A DNA stretch of 64,000 bases from an uncultured Lentimicrobiaceae bacterium (GCA_964593705.1 CAZQIV010000004.1:27646-91645); one strand, 5' to 3'. Positions 26,155 to 36,954 are shown, counted from the first letter of the stretch. Translations and numbers: made by a program. The notes: a model not told the origin generated them from the sequence alone.

Positions 26155-27894
26155 ATGAAGATGAATGAAGTGCTGGAGAAACTCCCAAAACATTTGATGG
26201 GTTTAGTTATCGACCAGCCCTACAACGATTATACCGGGCAGGATCATGCAGTATGGAGATACGTGATGCACCAGAATGTAAAATACCTTGGCAGGGTGGC
26301 ACATAGCTCTTATTTAGATGGTTTAAAAAAAACCGGAATCAGCGTTGACCGGATTCCTCAGATGTATGGCATGAACCGAATTTTAAAAGAAATTGGCTGG
26401 ACTGCCGTTGCCGTGGACGGTTTTATTCCACCGGCGGCCTTTATGGAATTTCAAGCTTACAATGTTTTGGTAATAGCCGCTGATATCCGCCCGATTAATC
26501 AAATTGAATACACCCCGGCTCCTGATATTATTCATGAAGCCGCGGGCCATGCCCCAATTATTGCCGATCCTGATTATGCCGAATACCTGAGAATTTTTGG
26601 TGAAATCGGTTTCAAGGCACTTTCATCGGCAAAGGATCATCAGCAATACGAGGCCATCCGCTATCTTTCAATTTTAAAAGCCGATCCTTATTCTACAAAA
26701 GCAGCTATCGAAAAAGCAGAGCAACATTTGGATGAGATTTCAAACAATATGGGTGAAATGTCTGAAATGTCACTGATCAGAAATTTACACTGGTGGACTG
26801 TTGAATATGGCCTGATTGGCGATTTACAAAAGCCAAAAATTTATGGTGCCGGGCTTTTATCCTCCATTGGCGAAAGTTTTAGCTGCCTCCGGGATGATGT
26901 TGAGAAACTTCCTTATTCGATTGATGCCGTAAATTACGGTTTTGATATCACCAATCGCCAACCCCAGCTTTTTGTAACGCCCGATTTTGAATACCTCACA
27001 ACCGTCCTCTGCCAGTTTGCCAACAGGATGTCACTGCGCCGTGGTGGGTTATACGGTGTACAAAAAGCCATTGATTCAGAAAATATAGCCACTTGTCAAT
27101 ATTCATCAGGTCTGCAGGTTTCGGGCATATACACTGACACTATTGTTGCTTGCGACAGCTTGGTCTATATTAAAACATCATCGCCAACACAATTGTGCTA
27201 CCAGGGTAAAGAAATTCCAGGACATGGAAAAACCTATCATAAAGATGGTTTTGGTTCACCGCTTGGGAATTTAAAACGTTCAAACATTCCTCCCGAACTT
27301 TTATCGCTGAATGAGCTTATTGAGATTGGAATAGTTGAAGATGAAAAATGCAGCATTGAGTTTGAATCGGGTCTTTTAGTTGAAGGAAAGCTTGAACACA
27401 TTTTGAGTAAGAATGATAAAAATTTAATCTTCACTTTTACCGATTGCCTGGTAAAATTTGAAGATAGAATTCTTTTCAAACCCGAGTGGGGCAAGTTTGA
27501 TATGGCTGTGGGTCAAAGAATCGCATCGGTTTATACAGGCCCGGCTGATGCAAATGCGTTCGGGCTTGAATACCCGGTTCCAAGCGAAAAAACACATAAG
27601 ATCATTCATTCCGAATTGGCAAAAAAACTACATGGACTTCATAAACAAGTACGCGAAATCAGGGATAATAAAAAAAACTATGAATCATTATCATCAATTT
27701 GGCAAACGCTAAAAAACAATTACCCGGATGAGTGGCTACTACCCTTAGAAATTCTGGAAATCGTAAAAAAGCAAAATTTCAATCCGGGATTAATTCAGGA
27801 AATTACAGATTTTCTAATTACAAAACAGGAGCACAATGATGAGTTGGTGAATCTTATCAGCAACGGTTTGAGTTTAATTAGTGTCCATCCATAA
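26155..27894 (+). CDS. Aromatic amino acid hydroxylase (phenylalanine-4-hydroxylase-like) with ~290-aa C-terminal extension
   Basis: The catalytic core has PDIIHEAAGHAPIIADPDYAEYL (His-x4-His iron ligands) and WWTVEYGLI. Total length is 579 aa. The last 6 codons and the stop lie inside a MITE-A terminal repeat. Confidence 0.8.
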   Translation: MKMNEVLEKLPKHLMGLVIDQPYNDYTGQDHAVWRYVMHQNVKYLGRVAHSSYLDGLKKTGISVDRIPQMYGMNRILKEIGWTAVAVDGFIPPAAFMEFQAYNVLVIAADIRPINQIEYTPAPDIIHEAAGHAPIIADPDYAEYLRIFGEIGFKALSSAKDHQQYEAIRYLSILKADPYSTKAAIEKAEQHLDEISNNMGEMSEMSLIRNLHWWTVEYGLIGDLQKPKIYGAGLLSSIGESFSCLRDDVEKLPYSIDAVNYGFDITNRQPQLFVTPDFEYLTTVLCQFANRMSLRRGGLYGVQKAIDSENIATCQYSSGLQVSGIYTDTIVACDSLVYIKTSSPTQLCYQGKEIPGHGKTYHKDGFGSPLGNLKRSNIPPELLSLNELIEIGIVEDEKCSIEFESGLLVEGKLEHILSKNDKNLIFTFTDCLVKFEDRILFKPEWGKFDMAVGQRIASVYTGPADANAFGLEYPVPSEKTHKIIHSELAKKLHGLHKQVREIRDNKKNYESLSSIWQTLKNNYPDEWLLPLEILEIVKKQNFNPGLIQEITDFLITKQEHNDELVNLISNGLSLISVHP

Positions 27895-27977
27895 AGTCGC
27901 TACTTTCCAATAAGAAAAAGCATCCCGCAGATTTCGCTGATTAGCGCAGATAAAACCTGCGCTAATCAGCGAAATCT
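27875..27977. mobile_element. MITE-A partial copy (one terminal repeat + central hairpin)
   Basis: ttaattagtgtccatccataaagtcgc followed by cccgcagatttcgctgattagcgcag / ctgcgctaatcagcgaaatct. Confidence 0.6.
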
Positions 27978-28001
27978 TGGTAGAAAATTATTTTCATTTT
28001 C

Positions 28002-28158
28002 AATATTTCGGTGCTCTGCACCTTAAAAATACATATCCTGAATATTTTTCTACCAAGATTTCGCCACGCTGTGGTTTGAAAAAGGTGCAGCGCACCGACA
28101 ATCTTTGTAGTAACGATATTCTCTGATAGAAATGTAAGGTGCAGAGCACCGGAATATT
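28002..28158. repeat. 24-bp inverted repeat pair flanking ~110 bp (MITE-like)
   Basis: aatatttcggtgctctgcacctta (28002-28025) is the exact reverse complement of taaggtgcagagcaccggaatatt (28135-28158). Confidence 0.65.
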
Positions 28159-28434
28159 AAAAGCACGGATTTTTGCAGGCAACCATTAAAAACCTTGCAC
28201 CTGAAGCAAAACATTTTTAACCAATACCTAAGTTGTTAATGTATTACAGGTTTTTCAGCAGCCCCCAATTAGTGAATAACAATTTTTTTAACAGGCAGCG
28301 AAAGGTGAAAATTGTTTAAAGTTTTCATCTTTTTCTTTGCATAATGGCAATTCATTTCAAATTTCAAATTTAAAATTCTTGTTTACATCTCAATTTTTCA
28401 GTATTTTTATGGCATTAACCAAAACACTTTAGCC

Positions 28435-29127
28435 ATGGATAACTTTTTAGAGGAATACCTAAAGCAACAACATCTGGATAGCATAATTACGGAAGTTGCA
28501 CCAGGGCCGGTTCTAACCCTGTCAAGAGAGTTTGGCTGTGAGGCTCAGCCCATTTCCAAACAACTTGTAAAAACGCTTAACACGTATCACATAGGCATCG
28601 GGCAAAGCGAAAAATGGAATATTATCAACAAAGAAATTCTGGACGAATCAGCAAGAGAACTTCAGACTGATAATAAAAAAATTGAATATCTGTTTAGCTT
28701 CGAAAAACGATCGTTCATCGATGATTTCCTCCTGTCGATGACCACACGCTATTATCAGAGCGACTGGAAAGTAAGGAAAACGATTAAAAAAGTGGTGCAT
28801 GCTTTTGCAGTTAAGGGACATTCGATTATAGTGGGTCGGGCCGGTGCACAAATTGCAAGAGATATCCAGAATGCTGTACATGTAAAAATCATTGCCTGCT
28901 TCGATTGGCGTATGAACAGAATTAAAGAAAAATTTCAGCTATCGGAAAAAGATGCCGTGAAAAAAATAAAGGAAATGGATGAGAATCGTAAAAGACTGAT
29001 TGAACAATTTTTGAGCAAAGACAGTTGCGACTATTGTTATGATGTAATTTATAACGTTGAAAATCTTACCAACGAGATGGTTGTTTCGGATATCATTCAT
29101 ATAATGCAATTAAAAAAACTCATTTAG
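28435..29127 (+). CDS. Cytidylate kinase-like family protein
   Basis: 230 aa; the VLTLSREFGCEAQPISKQLVKTL start is typical of the cytidylate-kinase-like (AAA_33-type) family. Confidence 0.6.
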   Translation: MDNFLEEYLKQQHLDSIITEVAPGPVLTLSREFGCEAQPISKQLVKTLNTYHIGIGQSEKWNIINKEILDESARELQTDNKKIEYLFSFEKRSFIDDFLLSMTTRYYQSDWKVRKTIKKVVHAFAVKGHSIIVGRAGAQIARDIQNAVHVKIIACFDWRMNRIKEKFQLSEKDAVKKIKEMDENRKRLIEQFLSKDSCDYCYDVIYNVENLTNEMVVSDIIHIMQLKKLI

Positions 29128-29305
29128 GCTCTTTGAAAACAACCAATGCTAACATTACCCCGGACTTCAGTCCGGAATTAAAAAGGGTTACATTATCTTC
29201 CGGGTTTTTGCACTAATTATAGAACAGTAGCTTAAGTAATAGGGCTCTCCTTAGGAATGCCTTCGGCAAAAGCCCGGTGGGTTCTTGTGTTTTTCTTGAC
29301 CACAG

Positions 29306-29371
29306 GCTAAAGCCTGTGGTAAGTCAGGCTAAAGCCTGTGGTAAGTCAGACTAAAGCCTGTGGTAAGTCAG
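29306..29371. repeat. Tandem repeat, 3 x 22 bp, each unit carrying half of a hairpin
   Basis: Unit gctaaagcctgtggtaagtcag at 29306, 29328 and 29350 (third copy starts with a). The first copy pairs with the preceding gaccacagg. Confidence 0.85.
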
Positions 29372-29455
29372 ATTAAATTATCTATTCGGATAAATATTTT
29401 ATGACTGACTATTACCCTGCCGGAATTAGTATTTTTGCCCGATAAACAGGATAAA

Positions 29456-30298
29456 ATGAACAGTGCAAAATTAAAATCACTCATACTTCAAAAAAAATCA
29501 TTTTTGTGTATCGGGCTCGATGCTGACCCACAGAAAATTCCGGAGCATCTCTTTAAATTTGATGACCCCGTTTTTGAATTCAACAAACAAATTATTGATG
29601 CTACCCACCAGCTTGCCGTAGCCTACAAACCAAATGTTGCTTTTTATGAAAGTATGGGGCATGAAGGGTGGCTTACACTCGAAAAAACAATCCAATATCT
29701 AAACAACTTTAAGGATACAATATTTACAATTGCTGATGCCAAGCGCGGGGATATCGGGAATACCTCAGAGCGGTATGCAAAAGCTTTTCTTGCTGAACAA
29801 CCCGAAGGCCTTGGGTTTGATGCCATAACTGTTGCCCCCTACATGGGCGAGGATTCAGTAAAACCCTTTTTGAAAATAAAAGACAAATGGGTGATTTTGC
29901 TTGCACTAACTTCAAATACCGGCGCTTATGATTTTCAAACGCAAACACTTGAAGATGGTACCCGATTATTTGAAAGGGTATTAAAAACTTCCGGTGCATG
30001 GGGCACTCCCGATAATATGATGTACGTGGTTGGTGCAACAAAAGCAGAAATGCTTGCAGGTATCAGAAAAATAATTCCTAATCATTTTTTATTGATTCCG
30101 GGAATTGGCGCTCAGGGCGGAAGCCTTGAAGAGGTTTGTAAATACGGTTTAAACCACGATTGCGGACTGCTTGTTAATTCATCAAGAGGAATAATTTATG
30201 CATCATCCGGGACGGATTTTACCGAAGTTGCCACACAAAAAGCTACGGAACTTCAAGAATTGATGGCTCAGGAGTTGCAAAAAGCAGGAATTAACTAA
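29456..30298 (+). CDS. pyrF: Orotidine 5'-phosphate decarboxylase (long/type 2 form)
   Basis: [25 protein letters not shown] and [10 protein letters not shown] motifs. The track start at 29435 is TTG; the ATG is at 29456. Confidence 0.85.
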   Translation: MNSAKLKSLILQKKSFLCIGLDADPQKIPEHLFKFDDPVFEFNKQIIDATHQLAVAYKPNVAFYESMGHEGWLTLEKTIQYLNNFKDTIFTIADAKRGDIGNTSERYAKAFLAEQPEGLGFDAITVAPYMGEDSVKPFLKIKDKWVILLALTSNTGAYDFQTQTLEDGTRLFERVLKTSGAWGTPDNMMYVVGATKAEMLAGIRKIIPNHFLLIPGIGAQGGSLEEVCKYGLNHDCGLLVNSSRGIIYASSGTDFTEVATQKATELQELMAQELQKAGIN

Positions 30299-30358
30299 GC
30301 AGGAATATGCTGTATTTTTCCATTTTTTTTCGAAATAAAAAAAATTTTCTTATATACA

Positions 30359-32926
30359 ATGAAAAGTAAATCCATCCCTAAGCAGAAAAAAAAACTGAAA
30401 GGATATCCTAATAAACAAACAAGTACAATTATTTCCGGCTACATTTTTATTGGACTTTTAATTATTGTACTCCCCCTTGTTTTCAGCACCCATACCCTCG
30501 ATCCGGTATTGATGCCACGCTTACTTGCCCTTAATATTATTATTCTGATATCAACCCCGTTAATAATTAGAAAAAGGAATTTCTCGTTAAACATCGGGAT
30601 TTTCATACCCATCATCGCGTATCTGCTCATTAGTACAATTTCACTGTTTTACGCTTTCAATTATAAAGAAGGCTTTTACGATGTTGCTAAAACAACCACT
30701 TTTTTATGGGTTCTGCTATTACTTGTCATCACCTTCAACAAACATGAAAACGTTTTTTATTCACTACCATTTTTCATCTCACTGGCAGCGTGTATTGCGC
30801 TTATCATAGGCTTCCACAACCTAACAACTTCAAGTTCATTATTCCAAAATCCATACCTCACCGATGGTCGCCCGGCAATTTATGCAGTTTCAGGTCTCAT
30901 GGCACACAAAAATCAATATGCAATTTCACTGATGCTGATGTTGCCCTTCACTATATTTGGAATTTACAAATATAAAAGCTACAAAAAATACCTCGCCGTT
31001 GTTGTCACAATACTCCTTCTGCTTATGATTGCGATGTTAAAAACCAGGTCGGTATGGGTAGGAATAAGCGGAGGATTATTAACAGGTCTGGCTCTGTTGT
31101 TTATTTTTTATAAAAATCTTAATTTAAACAGCCAACAAATAAAAAAACTTGCCCTTGTCTCCCTTGCCGGCTTAACAATAATTTCGACAACAGTATTTTT
31201 TTCCGTTAATAACTCCAACTCAAAGCCCTCAATTATAAAGGAAATTTTTGATACACACAGCGCTACAAATATTAACAGGTTTAAAATATGGACTGTTACC
31301 TGTGACATGATCCACGATAACCCGGTATTGGGCGTAGGCAGTGGAAACTGGAAAATCAAGTCGCCCGGGTATTTCTCTGCGGTGCATTTCGACAGGGATC
31401 TTTTAAACTGGCTCAGACCTCATAATGACTACCTTTGGGTATGGTCAGAAAAGGGGATTGTTGGACTTGCAGCTTTCTTATCAATATTTGGAGTAGCTAT
31501 TTTTTTTGCTATAAAGATATTGCTGTCCAAAAAAGTTAATTATCAGGAGAAAATTTTTACTGTGCTCCTTTTATCGGGTATGATGAGTTATATGATTGTA
31601 TCCTTTTTTACTTTTCCACTTGAGAGGATAAATCAGCAAGTTTACCTCGCACTTATTATTGCTTCGATTGCAGCCATTTATAAATATAGCAATCATGGAT
31701 TAAAAATAAATATCCACACCTGGATTGTTATTGCCCTGATTGCAACTACAAGCCTTCTGTCGATTTTTTACAGTTCATCAATTATTAATCAAGAGAGAAT
31801 AATCAGGGAAACCAGGATTTTGCTAACACAAAAAAATTGGCCTGCAATGCTAAGCTCCGCCCTTAATATATCATCAAGATTTAAAACTATCGACATCGAT
31901 GGAATGCCTGTAAACTGGTACGCGGGGCTTGCTTATCAGGAAATGAATAAATTTGAAGATGCGGTTAATCAATACGAAAAGGCTCTTGAAGCTCACCCCA
32001 ATAAGGCAAAAATCCTTAATAATTTAAGTTACTGTTATGCAGAATTAAAAAATTACGATGCCTCAATTGAATGTTTTGAAAAAGCTATAAATATCCAAAA
32101 CAACTACACTGAAGCCTTGCTGAATTTATCAACTTCCTATTTTCGAAAAAATAATTTCAATAAATGCTATCAAACTTTGGTCAGGATTCCGTATTACGAG
32201 CGAGATGAACGATTAGAAAATTACATTAAAAATGTTTCTCGCAAAAAAGATTTGCTAAATAGAGATCAATGGTATATTGGCAGTGAATCATTTACCGGAA
32301 ATTTCATAAGCAAATGGATCCATACCATCCAAAATACCCCTATATGGTACGAGCAAATTATTGAGAAATCGGAAAAAGAACACAAAAGCATAGATGAGGT
32401 ATTATATCTAAACGCATGCTATTATGCTGAAAATAATGGCTTTGAAAAATACCTTACCTGGGTTGGAGCACAACACTATGTTAGTTTAATAAACAAGGAC
32501 AGCAATTGGAAAAACCAAATCACAAATTCTGCCCAACGAAATGGAAATTCTGTGGAAACCGAACTATTAAATAATGCGATCTACCTGTTTAAGACAAAGT
32601 ATCCTAATATTTTTGAAAAAAACACAATGATCAACAATTACAAAAAAGAAATATTGAAAGACGAAGAATGGCGAACAAAATTGGACATGCAAGCTACGAT
32701 CAATAATATTGAAACCAGTGATTTAATTGATGCAACTGCCGGATTTCTCGCTGAAGCGAACACAAATGGGCTGAATGATTTTGAGAAAAAGGTTGCCGAC
32801 ATCGTTGCTCAAATACAAAATAACCCTGACTGGATTTTATTGATAAAAACAAAAGCCCAATCTTTAAATAAACCACTTAAAGATGTAATGCGCCAAGAAG
32901 CTATATACTTGCTTGAGCATCAATAG
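30359..32926 (+). CDS. O-antigen ligase (Wzy_C)-like polytopic membrane protein with C-terminal TPR domain
   Basis: About 12 TM segments and the RPHNDYLWVWSEKGIVGL motif, then TPR-like repeats (AYQEMNKFEDAVNQYEKALEAHP...). Confidence 0.7.
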   Translation: MKSKSIPKQKKKLKGYPNKQTSTIISGYIFIGLLIIVLPLVFSTHTLDPVLMPRLLALNIIILISTPLIIRKRNFSLNIGIFIPIIAYLLISTISLFYAFNYKEGFYDVAKTTTFLWVLLLLVITFNKHENVFYSLPFFISLAACIALIIGFHNLTTSSSLFQNPYLTDGRPAIYAVSGLMAHKNQYAISLMLMLPFTIFGIYKYKSYKKYLAVVVTILLLLMIAMLKTRSVWVGISGGLLTGLALLFIFYKNLNLNSQQIKKLALVSLAGLTIISTTVFFSVNNSNSKPSIIKEIFDTHSATNINRFKIWTVTCDMIHDNPVLGVGSGNWKIKSPGYFSAVHFDRDLLNWLRPHNDYLWVWSEKGIVGLAAFLSIFGVAIFFAIKILLSKKVNYQEKIFTVLLLSGMMSYMIVSFFTFPLERINQQVYLALIIASIAAIYKYSNHGLKINIHTWIVIALIATTSLLSIFYSSSIINQERIIRETRILLTQKNWPAMLSSALNISSRFKTIDIDGMPVNWYAGLAYQEMNKFEDAVNQYEKALEAHPNKAKILNNLSYCYAELKNYDASIECFEKAINIQNNYTEALLNLSTSYFRKNNFNKCYQTLVRIPYYERDERLENYIKNVSRKKDLLNRDQWYIGSESFTGNFISKWIHTIQNTPIWYEQIIEKSEKEHKSIDEVLYLNACYYAENNGFEKYLTWVGAQHYVSLINKDSNWKNQITNSAQRNGNSVETELLNNAIYLFKTKYPNIFEKNTMINNYKKEILKDEEWRTKLDMQATINNIETSDLIDATAGFLAEANTNGLNDFEKKVADIVAQIQNNPDWILLIKTKAQSLNKPLKDVMRQEAIYLLEHQ

Positions 32927-32928
32927 AA

Positions 32929-33070
32929 CAGTCCAGTATAAAAAGCCGTAAGACCCCTAAATCCCCTGAAGGGGACTTTCCCAAACTTCTGATTTTTAGT
33001 ACTTCACCCTTTAGGGTATGGGGTAAAAAGGACTAAAAATCAGAAGTTTTTGAGTTTTTAGACTGGACTC
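32929..33070. mobile_element. MITE-B copy 1 (~142 bp) with 6-bp flanking direct repeat ATAGAA
   Basis: TIR agtccagtataaaaa / tttttagactggact. Internal hairpin aaacttctgatttttagt / actaaaaatcagaagttt. ATAGAA occurs at 32923-32928 and 33071-33076. Confidence 0.75.
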
Positions 33071-33085
33071 ATAGAAATAATACCT

Positions 33086-35632
33086 CTATTTTTCCAGAGG
33101 TAGTTTGGTCCGTTTAATTCCATCGAAAGCATAAAACGCGTTGGCAACGGCAGCCGCAGTAGGTACTAAGCCAATTTCACCAATACCTTTTGCGCCATAA
33201 GGCCCAACCGGATCTTTTACTTCAACGGGCTTTACCACAATTTCAGGGGTTTCGTGGGCACGAAGAATTCCAAGGTCGCGCATCTTTTCACTAAGCAAAA
33301 AACCATCTTTCATGGGTAAGTTTTCAGAAAGTGCATAACCCAAACCCATGTGAACACCGCCCTCCACCTGTCCTTCGAAAAGCATCGGGTTCATAATCTT
33401 CCCTCCATCATGGGCGGCAACAATTTTTTCAATTTTACCTTCATCATCCAAAATACACAACTGGGCTGCATAGCCGTATGAGTAATGAATTACGGGGTTT
33501 TCAGCGCCCGATCCGGGTTTTGAAGTCCAGTCGCAAACAAACTGCCCATGATAGGTTTTCCCTGCCAATTGGTTTAAATCGTATTTTTTCAAATCTTTCT
33601 TTAGCGCTTTTGCAGCGTCAATCACTGCCAGACCAACAAGCGCTGTTGCCCTCGACGAAGTTGTCATGCCAGTTTTGATTTGAGCTTCGGTATCTACTTC
33701 CACGGTAATTATTTCAGGGTCGATGTTGGTTTCCTCGCACAGTGTTTGCAGAGCCATATTATGCACCCCCTGCCCCATCTCGGTCCAGCCGTGTTTTAAA
33801 ATTATTTTCCCACCATCACAAATCCCGATAATCACTTTTGATTCGTCAATCATGCCGTTGCCAACACCTGAATTTTTTATCGCGCAAGCCAACCCGGCAA
33901 ACCTGGCATTATAAAAATCCTTTTTTACCGCTTCGAGCGATGCACGAATACCAACGCCAAAAACCTTTTGCCCGGTGGAAGTTTTTAATCCATCTACCAG
34001 TGCATTGTCGTATCTGAATTTCCAACGGTCGAATCCAGCTTGATAGCAAATATCATCAATACAGCTTTCGAGGGCAAAGCACACCTGGTTGACGCCAAAG
34101 CCCCGCATTGCTCCTGAGGGAATATTATTGGTGTAAACGGTTTTGGCCTCAATATCAATTACAGGGATAAAATACCCTCCGGCAGCATGTCCGGCCACAC
34201 GCTCAAGTACTTTCATGCCCACCGAAGCATAAGCTCCCGTATCGCCAACCGCCCTTAATTTAAGGGCTGTTAATTTCCCTGATTTATTTGCTGCCAGACT
34301 AATATCCATAAATACAGGATGCCTTTTGGGGTGAAGCCTGAAAGATTCAGGACGTGTAAGAGTTATTTTTACAGGCCTGTTCATAAGGAAAGCAAACAAT
34401 GAAGTTTGCCCCTGGACACTCAAATCTTCTTTCCCACCAAAACCACCGCCATTGGGGACAAGAATTACCCGAACTTTTTCTTCGGGCAGTCCCAATATCA
34501 TTGCTACCTGCCGGCGGTCTTCATAAATTCCCTGGCTCTGACTGTAAAGAACAATTCCACCTTCACCATCCGGCACTGCTACGGCAGCCTCCTTTTCCAT
34601 AAAGGCGTGCTCTATTCGCTGCGTTTCGTATTGGCCTTCCGATTTAAATTCAGAGTTTTTAAACGACTCATCAAAATTGCCGATTGTAAAAATTGTGGTG
34701 TCGAAATTATTTGGCCTTTCGGGATGAACACGCTCGCCGTCAATGGCTTCAAAAACATCGGTAACAGGCTTTAAAACTTCATATTCTACACTGATTAATT
34801 CTATTGCCCGGCGGGCTATTTCATCAGAATCTGCAACAACCCCCGCAAGTACGTCCCCGATGTAATGCGTTGTTTCGCCCACTCCGATCATCACCGGCCA
34901 ATCCTGAAAAATCAAACCCACATATTGTTCGCCGGGGATATCTTTTGCAGTAAACACACGATGAACGCCCGGTAAAGATTCAGCCGCCGAGGTATTAATT
35001 TTTAAAATTTTAGCTTTTGGATGAGCACTGAATTTTAAAGCAGCAAACAGCATATCATCCAAAAAAATATCATCAACAAATTTCCGCTGACCAATGGCAT
35101 TAATATAAGCCTCATATTTGGGATGAGAGATGCCGACCTTTCCGGAAGTTTTTGTGATTTCTAATTTTTTATTATTTCTGATGGCCTCAGCAGCAGCAAA
35201 TACGCCACTTTCAATTTTTTTGTATCCTGTACATCTACAAAGATGTGGTTTTATTGCTTTTTGAATATCCTGGAGGGAAGGATTGGAATTATCCTGCAAA
35301 AGCACTTTTACCCTGCTCATAAATCCGGGGGTACAAAACCCGCATTGCACCGCGCCACTATTCACAAATGCTTTGGCAATGGTATCTTTCACATATTCGG
35401 GAAATCCCTCGGGTGTGAAAATTATGGCGCCTTCAAGTTTCTTCATCTTCATCACGCACGAAAGCCTTGCTTTTCCATTAATCTCAACTGTGCATGCTCC
35501 ACATGCCGACTGTGCTGAACAACCGTCTTTTACAGCCGTGAAATGATTATCCAAGCGTAAAAATTTCAACAGGCTTCTTTCCGGATCGCCGAAATAATTG
35601 ATAAGTTCTCCATTTAATGTGAAGGTAATCAT
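33086..35632 (-). CDS. Molybdenum hydroxylase of the xanthine dehydrogenase / aldehyde oxidoreductase (MOP-like) family with fused N-terminal 2x[2Fe-2S] domains
   Basis: N-terminus CSAQSACGACTV..C and CGFCTPGF..C.C, followed by ~700 aa of Mo-pterin-binding domains (GGGFGGKE, MGQG). No FAD domain. Confidence 0.8.
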   Translation of the reverse strand: MITFTLNGELINYFGDPERSLLKFLRLDNHFTAVKDGCSAQSACGACTVEINGKARLSCVMKMKKLEGAIIFTPEGFPEYVKDTIAKAFVNSGAVQCGFCTPGFMSRVKVLLQDNSNPSLQDIQKAIKPHLCRCTGYKKIESGVFAAAEAIRNNKKLEITKTSGKVGISHPKYEAYINAIGQRKFVDDIFLDDMLFAALKFSAHPKAKILKINTSAAESLPGVHRVFTAKDIPGEQYVGLIFQDWPVMIGVGETTHYIGDVLAGVVADSDEIARRAIELISVEYEVLKPVTDVFEAIDGERVHPERPNNFDTTIFTIGNFDESFKNSEFKSEGQYETQRIEHAFMEKEAAVAVPDGEGGIVLYSQSQGIYEDRRQVAMILGLPEEKVRVILVPNGGGFGGKEDLSVQGQTSLFAFLMNRPVKITLTRPESFRLHPKRHPVFMDISLAANKSGKLTALKLRAVGDTGAYASVGMKVLERVAGHAAGGYFIPVIDIEAKTVYTNNIPSGAMRGFGVNQVCFALESCIDDICYQAGFDRWKFRYDNALVDGLKTSTGQKVFGVGIRASLEAVKKDFYNARFAGLACAIKNSGVGNGMIDESKVIIGICDGGKIILKHGWTEMGQGVHNMALQTLCEETNIDPEIITVEVDTEAQIKTGMTTSSRATALVGLAVIDAAKALKKDLKKYDLNQLAGKTYHGQFVCDWTSKPGSGAENPVIHYSYGYAAQLCILDDEGKIEKIVAAHDGGKIMNPMLFEGQVEGGVHMGLGYALSENLPMKDGFLLSEKMRDLGILRAHETPEIVVKPVEVKDPVGPYGAKGIGEIGLVPTAAAVANAFYAFDGIKRTKLPLEK

Positions 35633-36849
35633 GATATTAGTTTTTTGAGGTTATCCAAATTTGGAACAATGGGCTCAGGAAAGTGCAAGGTTGATTTTAA
35701 GGCTGCAATGTCTTTCAGACCGCTCCCCGTAAGCAATACAACATTTTTAGAGGATTTTTCGATCTGATGACTTTCGAGCAATTTCAGGTATCCGGCATAA
35801 GCAGCAGCAGATGCCGGTTCGGCAAACAAGCCATAAGTTTGGCTCAGATTGATGGATGCATCCAATATTTCATCATCAGGAACTGAAATTGCCATACCCG
35901 CATATTTTTTCAAATATTTTTTTGCCATGTAAAAATTGCGCGGAATATCCACCGAAATAGAATCGGCTATGGTGCTACTTTGTTTAACCTGAAAATTAGA
36001 AGAAAATAAGTTGTTGATTAGATTATTTGATCCTTCAGCCTGCACCGCGACAATCCGTGGTATCTTTTTTATAATTCCCAAATTCAACAAATCTTCAAAA
36101 CCCTTATAAACCCCTGAAATAATTACACCATCACCCACTGGCACAAATATCCGCTCAGGGATATTTAAACCAAGTTGATCGAACAATTCAAAACTCACAG
36201 TTTTTTTACCTTCAATGGTAAAGGGATTAAAAGCGGTGTTGCGGTTATACCACCCAAAAGCTTCGCCGGCCAGCACACTTAAATCGAAGGCATCGTCATA
36301 GGTTCCTTTTACAGGAATAATTTTAGCGCCATACATCATAATCTGGGTAAGCTTGGCAATTGGCGCTTTTTCAGGGACAATAACTATGGCCTTTTGATGC
36401 TGCGCGGCACAAATCCCGGCAATGGAAGAACCCGCATTTCCGGTTGAGGCTGCAACAATGGTTTCCCAACCTTGCTCTTTTGCATAAGCAGAAACCAGCG
36501 CCGAAGCCCGGTCTTTGTAAGAGTAAGTTGGATTTTGTGAATCATCTTTAAAAAACAAGCCTTCGTCAACTTTATAAAGCGGAGTATTTCCGAAATCCAG
36601 GAAGGGCATGCTATCGAGATTGTTGATAGGAAGCAAATCAAGAAATCCGATAGACTTCAATTTGGAGAAGTCGGTTTGATTTTCGTTTAAAAGATCAAAA
36701 TCATAATTAACTTTCAAAACACCAAGCGGAGGTTTATCCTTTTGGTTTTTCGCATTACATACCGGACAAAGGTATTTTGCTTCATCCCCGGCATAATGCT
36801 TACCGCAGTTGATGCATTCAAAATGAAATTTCTTTTTTATTTTTTTCAT
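35629..36849 (-). CDS. Threonine synthase-like PLP-dependent enzyme with N-terminal zinc ribbon
   Basis: CINCG..x..CPVC ribbon, then NPTYSYKDRASALV (PLP lysine) and STGNAGSS. Its stop overlaps the downstream Mo-hydroxylase start (ATGA). Confidence 0.7.
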   Translation of the reverse strand: MKKIKKKFHFECINCGKHYAGDEAKYLCPVCNAKNQKDKPPLGVLKVNYDFDLLNENQTDFSKLKSIGFLDLLPINNLDSMPFLDFGNTPLYKVDEGLFFKDDSQNPTYSYKDRASALVSAYAKEQGWETIVAASTGNAGSSIAGICAAQHQKAIVIVPEKAPIAKLTQIMMYGAKIIPVKGTYDDAFDLSVLAGEAFGWYNRNTAFNPFTIEGKKTVSFELFDQLGLNIPERIFVPVGDGVIISGVYKGFEDLLNLGIIKKIPRIVAVQAEGSNNLINNLFSSNFQVKQSSTIADSISVDIPRNFYMAKKYLKKYAGMAISVPDDEILDASINLSQTYGLFAEPASAAAYAGYLKLLESHQIEKSSKNVVLLTGSGLKDIAALKSTLHFPEPIVPNLDNLKKLIS

Positions 36850-36854
36850 CTATA

Positions 36855-36950
36855 CAAAAATAGCCACTGCTTGCCCGCCTGCTGGCAGGATACACGAATG
36901 ATCGGGGCAAGCGTGGGAGTTAATAATTATCATTCAATTATGCCTATCAT
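36855..36950. repeat. Dispersed hairpin repeat (same family, inverted, as 48205..48315)
   Basis: gcccgcctgctggcagg hairpin plus gggagttaataattatc, which is the reverse complement of gataattattaacaccc at 48236. Confidence 0.55.
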
Positions 36951-36954
36951 CACT

